The notes below the pieces were generated by a model. It searched no databases, was not told where the DNA came from, and saw nothing but the letters and a program-made list of their open reading frames with translations. Below are positions 1 through 8,882 of a DNA stretch of 64,000 bases, in pieces. Source of the stretch: an uncultured delta proteobacterium (GTDB lineage Bacteria > Myxococcota_A > Polyangia > Polyangiales > Polyangiaceae); the NCBI GenBank assembly GCA_963696385.1, contig CAVOKF010000005.1, forward strand, positions 1,216,001 to 1,280,000. Direction: 5' to 3'. Made by a program: the position numbers and the translations under genes. How positions within the stretch are numbered: position 1 is the stretch's first letter; each line of letters opens with the position of its first letter.

Positions 1-210
1 AGCCTCTCCGAGGTTTGCGAAGAGGACGGCCTGTTCCGGTGCGCGGCCAATGGCGCGCAGGAGGACCTCGATCGCGTCTTCGTTGCGCCCCGTCTCGAGA
101 AGAACCGAGCCGAGCAGATGCAGCGTCACGAGGTGATTCGGATCCTTCGTGAGGATCTGTCGATAAAGCTTCTCGGCGGTCGCGACATCTTTGTCACGAT
201 GGTGCTGCAT
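1..210 (-). CDS. TPR-repeat protein, N-terminal part (runs off window)
   Basis: Manual translation from ATG at 210 gives MQHHRDKDVATAEKLYRQILTKDPNHLVTLHLLGSVLLETGRNEDAIEVLLRAIGRAPEQAVLFANLGEA, a TPR helix pattern open to position 1. The true start may lie further upstream. Confidence 0.75.
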   Translation of the reverse strand, partial: MQHHRDKDVATAEKLYRQILTKDPNHLVTLHLLGSVLLETGRNEDAIEVLLRAIGRAPEQAVLFANLGEA

Positions 211-342
211 CGCGCGAGCCACCCTTTTTTGGAGGGCCGGACGGTGAAGCGCCATGGGCGTGCGGATACCACGCAGGGATGGTACGGGGAAGACGGCCCC
301 GGCGTGCGAGCTGCCGCGGTTACGCGCGACCGTTACCTCGGG

Positions 343-1452
343 TCACAGCCCGTATTTGCGCACCTTCTCGTAAAGCGTGGACACCGCGATCCCCAGCGTG
401 CGAGCGGCAGCCATCTTGTTGCCGTTGGCAACGAGCAGGGTCTGGCGAATCGCGGCGCGTTCGATGCGAGCCAGAGTCTGCCCGGCAAGCGGCAGATCCT
501 CGACCCATGAGGTGTCGTCGTTGGCCGGCGTCAGCAGACGCAGGTGGTGCGTATCGAGGAAGCTCGCGTCCGGATCGACGAATGCCACGGCGCATGCGAG
601 GACATTCTTGAGTTCACGCACGTTGCCGGGCCACGAATGCATTCGGAGTACCCCGAACGCGGCATCGGACAAGCGCAGCTCCGGGCGGCCCAGATCCTTC
701 AGGAGCGATTCGATGAGCTGTGGCAGGTCGTCGAGGCGCTGGCGAAGCGGAGGTACCTGGACGACCGCCACGGCGAGCCTGAAAAAGAGGTCTTCTCGAA
801 AACGGCCGGCTGCCACGTCGGCGCGGAGGTCTCGGTTGGTCGCCGCGACAATCCGAACGTCGAGCGGACGCTCGGCCCGGCCGCCGACGCGTCGCACTTT
901 TCGGCTCTCGAGGGCACGCAACAATCGCGACTGGAGATCGAGCGGCAACTCGCCGATCTCGTCGAGAAAGAGCGTGCCGCCATGCGCCCGCTCGAAAGCG
1001 CCGGGGTGGCCTGCAACGGCACCGGTGAACGCGCCCCGCTCGTGCCCGAGCAGTTCGCTCTCCGCCAGATTGGCGGCGACCGAGCCGCAGTCGAAAACGA
1101 CCAGGGGGCCGTGCGCCCGCGTGCTCTGTTGGTGGATGGCGTGGGCAAGAATGTCTTTGCCGGCTCCCGTTTCCCCGACGAGCGTGATGCTGACGTCGGT
1201 CGCCGCAAATCGGTCGAGTACTTCGAACACCTCGTGCATCGCGGCCGAACGAGCCACGACCTGCCCGAAGCGCCGAACGTTGCCAATGTGCACCGATTGG
1301 AGTCCCAGCTTGGCGACTCCCGAATTGGGCCTGGACCATTCGAAGGCCGAGATGGGCAGCTTGGCCGGCGAAGGTGGCACAATCGCGTCCACGCCTGGCC
1401 TGTCCTTCGGATCGATGCGTCGAGTCTCGGCCAGATTTGTCGGATGCATCAT
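343..1452 (-). CDS. Sigma-54-dependent enhancer-binding protein (AAA+ plus Fis-type HTH), no receiver domain
   Basis: GETGAGKD Walker A, ESELLGHERGAFTGA, LFLDEIGEL, WPGNVREL and C-terminal NKMAAARTLGIAVSTLYEK HTH. Start placed at MMHPT (ORF open to 1605). Confidence 0.92.
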   Translation of the reverse strand: MMHPTNLAETRRIDPKDRPGVDAIVPPSPAKLPISAFEWSRPNSGVAKLGLQSVHIGNVRRFGQVVARSAAMHEVFEVLDRFAATDVSITLVGETGAGKDILAHAIHQQSTRAHGPLVVFDCGSVAANLAESELLGHERGAFTGAVAGHPGAFERAHGGTLFLDEIGELPLDLQSRLLRALESRKVRRVGGRAERPLDVRIVAATNRDLRADVAAGRFREDLFFRLAVAVVQVPPLRQRLDDLPQLIESLLKDLGRPELRLSDAAFGVLRMHSWPGNVRELKNVLACAVAFVDPDASFLDTHHLRLLTPANDDTSWVEDLPLAGQTLARIERAAIRQTLLVANGNKMAAARTLGIAVSTLYEKVRKYGL

Positions 1453-1813
1453 GCGAAGTCTTCCTCGACCGTGCGCAGGAGCGCGCCGCGATCGAGGCCC
1501 CTTGTACCGAAGTATCGGCGGGCCGATTGCCACGACTGCGAAACATTCCGAAGGCTCGTTGGATCCTATGGAAATCGCCTGGAAAATCGAACCTTTCGCA
1601 TGCAATCTTCCGCAGATTGCTGCGCGGTGAGTCGACGGATCGCTCGGGTGCGAACGGGATTGCCGGTGCGACGGTCGTCGTGGAACCCCCCGAGCTTCGA
1701 GCGACGCGAAACGTCACAAACTGTTCACGCGCCCCCCGCGCCGGCACGCCTAGCCTCGCGCGCTCGTGCGCACTTCCGAGGGCCATGACACGGCGAGAGG
1801 GTCGGGCCTGTCG

Positions 1814-3110
1814 ATGAGCGCGAAGGCTCTCGCCTTTGCCGGATGCCTCGGAGCACTCTTGCTTGGCGCCGACAAGACCGCGTCTGCCCAAATGACGCCT
1901 TGCGGCAGCGCCGGGTCGAGCCTGCCCCTGCTTTACGTGGTCGGGCCCAGCACGACCGAGGGTTCCGGCGTCTTGCCGCTGGTACAGGTCGTGGCGAACG
2001 CCGTTTCCGCATGGGCGCTCGTCGTCTACGTGCCAACCCCTCCGTGCAGCGCGCTTCAAAATCTGGCGATGGCCACCCCCGGCAACACGGCGGCTCTCAC
2101 CTTGAATCCCACCGGTAGCACGACGGCCTGCATGGCCGATGCCGTGGCACCCGACCTGGCGGTCTCCGACGTGTATCCGGACACCTGTGTGCAGAACTTG
2201 GGCATCGCCCCGCTGACGAGCTCCGAACTCGACTTTTTGGGGCCGGTCCAAACCTCTACTATCGTGACGGCCTCATCGTCGTCGGAAAAAGTCATCAGCG
2301 CAGATGCGGCCTATGTCGTGTTCGGCTTCGGCGCGGCCAACTATGTCGTCAGTCCGTGGAGTGACCCGGCTTCGATCTTCGTTCCCGACCAGCAGTCCGG
2401 TCCCTTGAACTTGATCGGCGCAACCATTGGTCTGTCGCCCTCCAATTGGGCCGGCGCCGCGAATTCGACGATTACGAGTACGAGCAACCTGACGAAGGCG
2501 CTCAAAGCCGATGCCACGCCCAGTGCAACGATTGGCATCTTGCCGGGAACCGTCGCGTCGCAGACGTCCGGAATCCGCGTTCTCGCCTATCAGCACTCCA
2601 CCCAGCAGTGCGGGTTCTTGCCCGATTCGGACTCCCTACACTTCGACAAAATCTACGTGCGCCAAGGCCGCTACACGCTTTGGGGGCCGACGCATTTCCG
2701 TCGTCCACGTCGACGCCGCGGGCACGGTGCTCGATCACACCGGCCAGCCGAGCGCCGTGCTCCGCGCGGCCCTCGACGCACTGACCGCCAGCGCCCCGGG
2801 CGGAGCGCAAAGCGGTGCGGACGTGGACTCAAGCGTCTACGCAGAGGGCGACGCCGGAACACCTGCGATTGACCCTCAAAGTTTCACGCGGGCCGTTGCG
2901 AGTGCGTCGTTCGTCCCGTGGTGCGCGATGCAGGTCTTGCGCACTGCGGATGGCGCCGCCGAGGCCTCGTACCAGGCTCCGGCCCCGTGCGGATGCTTCT
3001 TCGAGAGTGCTCTCGGAGCGACGACGTCGCTCTGTCCGACGTGCGGATCGAACGCTGACTGCACCGGAACCGCCGGGACGTGCCGTTACGGCTACTGCGA
3101 GGACCAGTGA
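1814..3110 (+). CDS. Secreted Cys-containing protein, probably periplasmic-binding-protein-like; split by a one-base frameshift near 2698
   Basis: Signal peptide MSAKALAFAGCLGALLLG. The first frame reads sensibly to YTLWGPTHF and coding continues in ORF 2511-3110 (VVHVDAAG...CGCFFES...CRYGYCEDQ). One extra base at acgcatttccgtcgtc explains the shift. Confidence 0.65.
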
Positions 3111-3439
3111 TGAATTCACTCCGGCTCGGGATCCGTCTCGTTACCGCCGTCGTGAGCGTGGCGGCCGCGTTTGCGCCGGTCGTCGCGTGCATCGGCGGCG
3201 GCGACGACGACGTCGTGCCGGTTCCGACCGCGGACAGCGGGGCCGCCGCGGGGGGCGACGCGGGAGAGGGCGGCTCTCGCGATGCCACGGTAGCGACGGA
3301 TGGCAGCTGCGTATCGGACACCAGCACCTGCAACTCCTGCACGGCCCCAGACGCGGATCCATCCAACCAGTGCTCCGCGTTCACGAGCGGATGCACGGCG
3401 TTCGACGCGGCCCGAGTCCCCCAACACCCGACACTCTGA
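3110..3439 (+). CDS. Small Cys-rich lipoprotein
   Basis: Hydrophobic signal ending PVVA-C, a DAG-type linker and a C-terminal region with five Cys. Start overlaps the upstream stop. Confidence 0.7.
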   Translation: MNSLRLGIRLVTAVVSVAAAFAPVVACIGGGDDDVVPVPTADSGAAAGGDAGEGGSRDATVATDGSCVSDTSTCNSCTAPDADPSNQCSAFTSGCTAFDAARVPQHPTL

Positions 3440-3488
3440 AACGGGTCGCGGGTTGTACGTGCGGGGCTTCGTTCACGATTCGGGGCCT

Positions 3489-4091
3489 TTAGGGCGCCTT
3501 GAGCCGACAATCCCGCCCCATGGATGGGTGTGTAGCCTGGGTCATCGCGAGCCACGCCAGACCTGGAATCGCGTAAGCCATCCCCGGTGGTGCCACAAGC
3601 GCACGGCGCGCGAGCGACAGGGCGCCGCCGACCCAAGCACCCAACGGGATGACACCGGCGTCGGACAGAAAGTCGAAAACCGGTACCGCGATGACGGCGG
3701 CGACGATCCCGACGGCGAGCGATACGGACCCGAGCAGGCAGCGAACGGTGCGTGGCGGCCATGCGGCGGCCAGCGACAGAAAGGTGGCCAGTTGAAGATA
3801 GCCGACCCGCCGGAGATCGATGATCCCCGCATGCCGAACGGGGCCGTCCGGGAGATCCTGTTTGACATCGATGACCCCCCGCCACTCGGGCTGCCGTTCG
3901 CTCGGCCGCGCAGACCGGAGCGTGAAGGAGACATTCGACGTGACGGAGACCGCATCCGCCAATGCGGTTGCCGCCATGCCCACCGAGTCGACGAAGGCTC
4001 GGCCGAGACCCGGCCATGGCGCAATGAGGATCGCGAGCACCACCCCGAAGCGTCCAAGCGAAGCCGCGAGCGATCGCCTAGCCGGCAACAC
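3489..4091 (-). CDS. Membrane protein resembling exosortase H-associated proteins
   Basis: Multi-TM protein overlapping the end of the exosortase, with segment GYLQLATFLSLAAAWP. GTG start inferred. Confidence 0.55.
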   Translation of the reverse strand: MLPARRSLAASLGRFGVVLAILIAPWPGLGRAFVDSVGMAATALADAVSVTSNVSFTLRSARPSERQPEWRGVIDVKQDLPDGPVRHAGIIDLRRVGYLQLATFLSLAAAWPPRTVRCLLGSVSLAVGIVAAVIAVPVFDFLSDAGVIPLGAWVGGALSLARRALVAPPGMAYAIPGLAWLAMTQATHPSMGRDCRLKAP

Positions 4092-4664
4092 GTTCGCTGA
4101 CTCCGTCGCCCCCGGGCGTCTCAGTCTGGGTGCCCATCCAGCGGAGGCATACGACGAAATCGAACGCCGCGAACACAATCATGAGCAGCGGCCACAAGTC
4201 GTAATGCAAAAATGCGAATGCCGAATAGACGAAGACCCCTACCCAATACAGAGCGAACAGGCGAATGAGGTTAAAGGCGACCAGCGCGCAAAGTCCGACG
4301 ACCAGGGCAACCATTTTCGCCACCACGGTGCCGAGACGGCCAAGACGGCGGCGGAAAAAAGGATGTTGGTCTCCATGGCGTCGCAGCTTTTCACGATCTG
4401 CATCGAGAAGCGCCCGGAGACCGTGTTTCCGTGCGCCGACACGCTCGGATCGAACATCGCGATGGGGACACGCACCATGCGCGTGTACATCCGCAGATAT
4501 TCGGCGGTCCAGCGCTCGATGGTGGACTCACTGGCGCGGGGAAAGTAATAGACGCTCAATAGGCATGCAGCGATGACCGTGAACGCGAGCACGAACCTGG
4601 CTCGACCGTCCTCGGCGAAAGACCACGGACGCGGTCCGACCGCGTTCCGCGAGCGACGGCGCAT
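4078..4664 (-). CDS. Exosortase/archaeosortase family protein (XrtH-like); frameshifted near 4315
   Basis: Catalytic triad spread over two ORFs: Cys in IVKSCDAME (ORF 4239-4973), Arg in FNLIRL and His in FLHYDLW (ORF 4078-4326). Adding one A to the A4 run after PWWR joins them. Confidence 0.8.
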
Positions 4665-5053
4665 CCCTCGAAGCCCTTGCATTCGAACCACTAGACCGCA
4701 GGGCGACTTGAAACGTGTGTCATCCCGGTGAATTTTCGTTGCGGATGCCTTGGGCATGCCGGCGCCCAGCAACGCCAACGCCAGCGCGGAGAGCGTCCAT
4801 TCATCACGAGCTACCTCGCTGGGACGCCCACCGGCATCCAGGCCGGGCCTTCGCCGGGCCACTGCCGCGCCGGCGGAGAACGGCAGCCAGCCCGGGTTGC
4901 AGCGCCCGTTCGTTATCCTAGACGGGAATGGCGAGCCAGGTCCGGCTCCCATACGGTTGGGACCCCTTGACATCGTCCACTTAAGCGGACATGGTTTGCC
5001 TGTATGCGTCCTGGGATTCGCCGCGTCGGGCCGTTCGAAGGGCTGAAGGGCAC

Positions 5054-5800
5054 ATGAGTACCTTCTTTTTGAGCGAAGAAATCGACCATGGACCGACCCG
5101 CGACAGCCGCGGCCCGACCCCCGTACGCGGCGCGTTACCGCCTCCGGGCGCGTACGTGCTGTCCGGTGTACGAGCGAAACTCGTTTTCCACGGCCCGGAT
5201 GGTGCGTCGGATGCTTTGAATGAAGGGGTTCTGCGCGAGTGGGACGCCCGAGCCGTGCCCATCATCGTGATTGCTGCGAACGGCGACGAGCGCGATCGTG
5301 TGGTGCGGGCTCTCGCCGTTCAACTGGGGGCAGTGGCGCAACACGGAACGGCATCGAGCGACAACGTGATCGAAATCGGAGGACTGCGCATCGACAAAGA
5401 GGCCCACCGCGTCAGCGTGGGCGACGTGCCCATCGCTCTGACCGAACTCGAACTGAAGCTTCTGGTCACGCTGGCGGCCCGGCGGGATCGCGTGCAGGAC
5501 CGCAGCACCCTGTTGACCGACGTTTGGGGGATCAGCGGAGACACCGCAACGCGAACGGTAGACACGCACGTGAAGCGCTTGCGGGGCAAATTGCGGGGCG
5601 CTCGCATCTTCATCGAGAGCGTTCGCGGAGTGGGCTATCGGCTGAGCGAGACCCCGAGCCCGCAGGCCGCAGACATCCGGCAGCGTCCGGATTGTGCGAA
5701 CGACACGCAGTCGCCCTGCGGATCGCTCGCTTCTGCGCGACAGGCCACCCGCGCGGCGGCCGCACCGACGTGTTCGGGCATCGATCCTCGCTCGTCGTAA
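5054..5800 (+). CDS. OmpR/PhoB-type winged-helix transcriptional regulator with degenerate N-terminus
   Basis: LTELELKLL...VWG...TRTVDTHVKRLRGKL...IESVRGVGYRL wHTH; no canonical receiver domain. Confidence 0.85.
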   Translation: MSTFFLSEEIDHGPTRDSRGPTPVRGALPPPGAYVLSGVRAKLVFHGPDGASDALNEGVLREWDARAVPIIVIAANGDERDRVVRALAVQLGAVAQHGTASSDNVIEIGGLRIDKEAHRVSVGDVPIALTELELKLLVTLAARRDRVQDRSTLLTDVWGISGDTATRTVDTHVKRLRGKLRGARIFIESVRGVGYRLSETPSPQAADIRQRPDCANDTQSPCGSLASARQATRAAAAPTCSGIDPRSS

Positions 5801-5953
5801 TGCCGGTGCCACGACTGGCCCGCGACCGGACCCGACGCGAGCCAACGGGTCGGCCCACCACTGAACACTACTGCCGCAGGCAGCGGCAGTGCCAAAACGG
5901 GCGAGGTCTGCCGGGCCCGCGCGGACGACGCGACCCTCGGCAATGCGCGAGCG

Positions 5954-6511
5954 TCATGGGCACCCGTGGGCCCCGCGGGCGACGAAGCCAGCGCCGCGCG
6001 CCACCGAACGCCTCCGCCCATGGGCGATCAGCGCCCATCCCAAGACGGTAAAGACGACGGCGCCTCCCGGCGCCCTCGGAGATCCGGGCGCAATCGAGCC
6101 ACACCCGTGTTGATAGACCGCATCGTTAGTGGCATTGAAAGCGCCTTGATCGAGGTTGGGGTCCGTGCCGTTTTTCAGGTCCGTGATGAGCTGAGGCTCC
6201 GTCGCTTCGATCGCGGTCAGCGCGGGCGCCGCAGTCGCGCTCGCCGTATACGGCATGGCTCCGTTCGCCTGCATGAGGCTGCCGAAGTCGGTGAGCGGTG
6301 TGCCCCCCGGTACCTCGTTCGTGAGGGATTCGTTGACGTGGCAGAGATGGCACCCATCCGGCGGGTCGACCTTCGAAGCGATCCAGTCCGACGGAAGCAT
6401 GAGATAGGCAGCTACCGCGCCCGGAAAGTCGGGCGTCGCCCTCGCGCTTGCGCTCGGAACAAATGTGCCGAAAAACGCGATCGCGACCAGCATCGCTCTC
6501 GGTGTGTTCAT
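5954..6511 (-). CDS. Secreted CxxCH (putative monoheme c) protein with MYXO-CTERM-like tail
   Basis: Signal peptide ending ASARA, CHLCH motif, and C-terminal HGC...AVVFTVLGWALIAHGRRR (Cys, hydrophobic helix, basic cluster). Confidence 0.7.
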   Translation of the reverse strand: MNTPRAMLVAIAFFGTFVPSASARATPDFPGAVAAYLMLPSDWIASKVDPPDGCHLCHVNESLTNEVPGGTPLTDFGSLMQANGAMPYTASATAAPALTAIEATEPQLITDLKNGTDPNLDQGAFNATNDAVYQHGCGSIAPGSPRAPGGAVVFTVLGWALIAHGRRRSVARGAGFVARGAHGCP

Positions 6512-6551
6512 GCCAGCACCATTTCTACCCTGCCGCGGCACGGCGAGCCTC

Positions 6552-7775
6552 TCAGAGAAACACATGGAACTGAGCGAGCCAGGTGAGCGAACCGACGCGG
6601 CTGGATGGGACCGATACGGTGCCCGCAATGCCCTGGCTCGTGTAGATGCCGTCGAGTCGCAAGTCCACGTGGGGCAGGCAGAACCATACCGCCGACAGCC
6701 AACCGTCCAAGGACGAGGGCTCGTACTCGGCGCCGCTGTTCATGGCTTCGCCGGTGACCATCAGATGGAACCCCTGCACCGACTCGTAATCGGCCTGAAG
6801 GAACGCCGCATAGCCGCCACGGTGCCCGTTCCACGTGAGCGACTGGTACACCGAGTCGGCCTCGGCCAAGAGCACCAGGGGCTGGACGGGCGCGAAGCGC
6901 GCGAACAGTCCGTTGGCATAGCGGTAGTCGGTGACTCCGTAGACGATGTCGCGCGTGGCGCGCGTAAATGAGCTGCTTGCGCCCAGCGCGAACGTGGTGA
7001 TCGGGGCGTACTCGGCATAGGCGCTGTAGCCGCGTTCGCGAAATGCGTCCGGATGGATCTCGAAGTTGCCGGCGATCGCCATCACCTCTCCCCGGAGTTT
7101 GTCCCTGGCGAACGACTGCGACACGCCGTACTCCTGCGAATCATCGAAGTCCGTACGCGTGAGCGAGCGCACCCAAAGCGTGTGCTCGATCATGCGAATG
7201 CCGAAGGGCAGGGCCATTCGCCCCGCACGCAAAAGCCAAGCCCCCTCGTCGTCCAATTCGGCCCCCACCCAATGCTCGCGCGATATGAGGTTGTCGCTGG
7301 GGGTCGAGGTGAGCGACGCGAGCAAATCGCCCTCGGGAACGTAGCCGATGCTTCCGGTCGCGCGAAAGCGGCCGATCTTGATGTCTCCATACAGATCGGC
7401 GCGCATCGTGATGAATTCGTCTTGCAAAGGGACGCCATCGGCCTTGTTGCTGTAGAAGGCCTCGCGAAAGTCGCCCCCCAAGCGCACCTGCCCAGGCAGC
7501 GGCGCGATGAGCCCCCAGAGTAGCGCCGAAGTGCGATCGGCCTCTCCCGAGTCGGAGGCCTCGCCGTAACGCATCCGCAAGAGAAGGTCGCTCTGCGCGC
7601 GCCCGTAATCCGTCAGTGCACCGGCTCCACCGGAAGGATCGGTGTGGCAGGGCATGCAGCTCGTGTACCCGTGGCGGATCATCCACGGGTACGCGTGCGC
7701 GCTCGACGAGAGAAGCAGCAGCGCGAGACACATCCCCAGGGACGATGCCCAGTAAATCGGACGTGGCGCTTTCAT
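6552..7775 (-). CDS. Putative outer-membrane beta-barrel with N-terminal CxxCH
   Basis: Signal peptide ending SSAHA, YPWMIRHGYTSCMPCH, alternating amphipathic strands and terminal strand WLAQFHVFL. Confidence 0.7.
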   Translation of the reverse strand: MKAPRPIYWASSLGMCLALLLLSSSAHAYPWMIRHGYTSCMPCHTDPSGGAGALTDYGRAQSDLLLRMRYGEASDSGEADRTSALLWGLIAPLPGQVRLGGDFREAFYSNKADGVPLQDEFITMRADLYGDIKIGRFRATGSIGYVPEGDLLASLTSTPSDNLISREHWVGAELDDEGAWLLRAGRMALPFGIRMIEHTLWVRSLTRTDFDDSQEYGVSQSFARDKLRGEVMAIAGNFEIHPDAFRERGYSAYAEYAPITTFALGASSSFTRATRDIVYGVTDYRYANGLFARFAPVQPLVLLAEADSVYQSLTWNGHRGGYAAFLQADYESVQGFHLMVTGEAMNSGAEYEPSSLDGWLSAVWFCLPHVDLRLDGIYTSQGIAGTVSVPSSRVGSLTWLAQFHVFL

Positions 7776-7991
7776 TGAGATTTAGCCACCGGGCCGCGCA
7801 AGCACGCGCACCGAAGAAGCGATGGCCCCATTACGGTCGGACGCCGCCGGTCGGCAAGAGTCTTTTCTGTGACGCTTGCGACACGAACCAGAGGCGCTCG
7901 CGCGGGGCGCATCTCACGGGCTTTGCTGCCCCAAGATCGCCGCGTCCGGGCGGGACGCCCGCCCACCCAACCTCTACGAGGTCGACCGCAA

Positions 7992-8690
7992 CTACGAGGT
8001 CGACCTCAACCGCCTTCGCGCGCCGAACCCCAGCGCCGTCGCAAGAAATGCGATGAGCGCGGCGATCCCGCCGGCGGTTCCCGGTTGGGACACGGAACAG
8101 CCCGTTTGCACAGCGGGCGGCGTCCCTCCCTCGGGAGTGTCGCTCGCTACGCGTTCGGCTCCGGGAGGCTGCGGGGTGTAGAGAAGCTGCGACGTGTCGA
8201 ACAGATTGGTCTGCGCGCGCGACAGGATGCCCTGCATCGTCGCCGCGTCGAGCGTCGGCGCCCGGCTGAGAATCCACAGGTAAGCCCGCGAGGGGTGGCC
8301 GACCACGGCATACTCGTAATTCGACCCGACTTCGAGAATCCAGTAATCCCCCGAGAATCCGCCGACCGTGACCGTCAGCTTCGCCGGCACCGTCGGGTCG
8401 GGCACGCTCGCGACCATCGAAACGGTGTTGAGCACGCCGTTGTCGCTCCCGACGTTGCACTGGTTCACGAAGCTGAGCGTGCCGTCGGACGCCTGAGTGT
8501 AAAAGGCCGTCGTGCCGTAACAGTCGGTCTGGGTGGTCCTTGGCAAACGCGCGATCTCGTACCACTTGCCTTGAAAGCTGGAGAGGTCGACGTTGTCAGC
8601 GACGTCCAAAGGCGGGTTTGCGGCGCAGCCAAGCGCTCCGCACGCGATCGCGACAGTGAGAGCAACGAGCAGGAAGAAGAGACGGCTCAT
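7992..8690 (-). CDS. Bacterial lipocalin (Blc-like) lipoprotein with MYXO-CTERM-like tail
   Basis: FQGKWYEIARLP, DYWIL, YLWILSRAPT lipocalin motifs; N-terminal ALGC lipobox; C-terminal TGCSVSQPG...IAALIAFLATALGFGARRR. Confidence 0.88.
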   Translation of the reverse strand: MSRLFFLLVALTVAIACGALGCAANPPLDVADNVDLSSFQGKWYEIARLPRTTQTDCYGTTAFYTQASDGTLSFVNQCNVGSDNGVLNTVSMVASVPDPTVPAKLTVTVGGFSGDYWILEVGSNYEYAVVGHPSRAYLWILSRAPTLDAATMQGILSRAQTNLFDTSQLLYTPQPPGAERVASDTPEGGTPPAVQTGCSVSQPGTAGGIAALIAFLATALGFGARRRLRSTS

Positions 8691-8882
8691 CGGGCGGCCC
8701 GAGCGTAACAGCCGTTGGGATTAAAGTGTATCCAGAATGTGAACTCTCAATGACCCTCGCCCGAGAAGCCGCGAGCGGGCCGCGAGCTCGGGTAGGGCGC
8801 CCCACGGGCCGTCCCGATCGACACATGGGGCCCGACCCGGCGCGGCGGAGGCAAGCCTCGTCATCGAGCGGCGGGACCTTCG

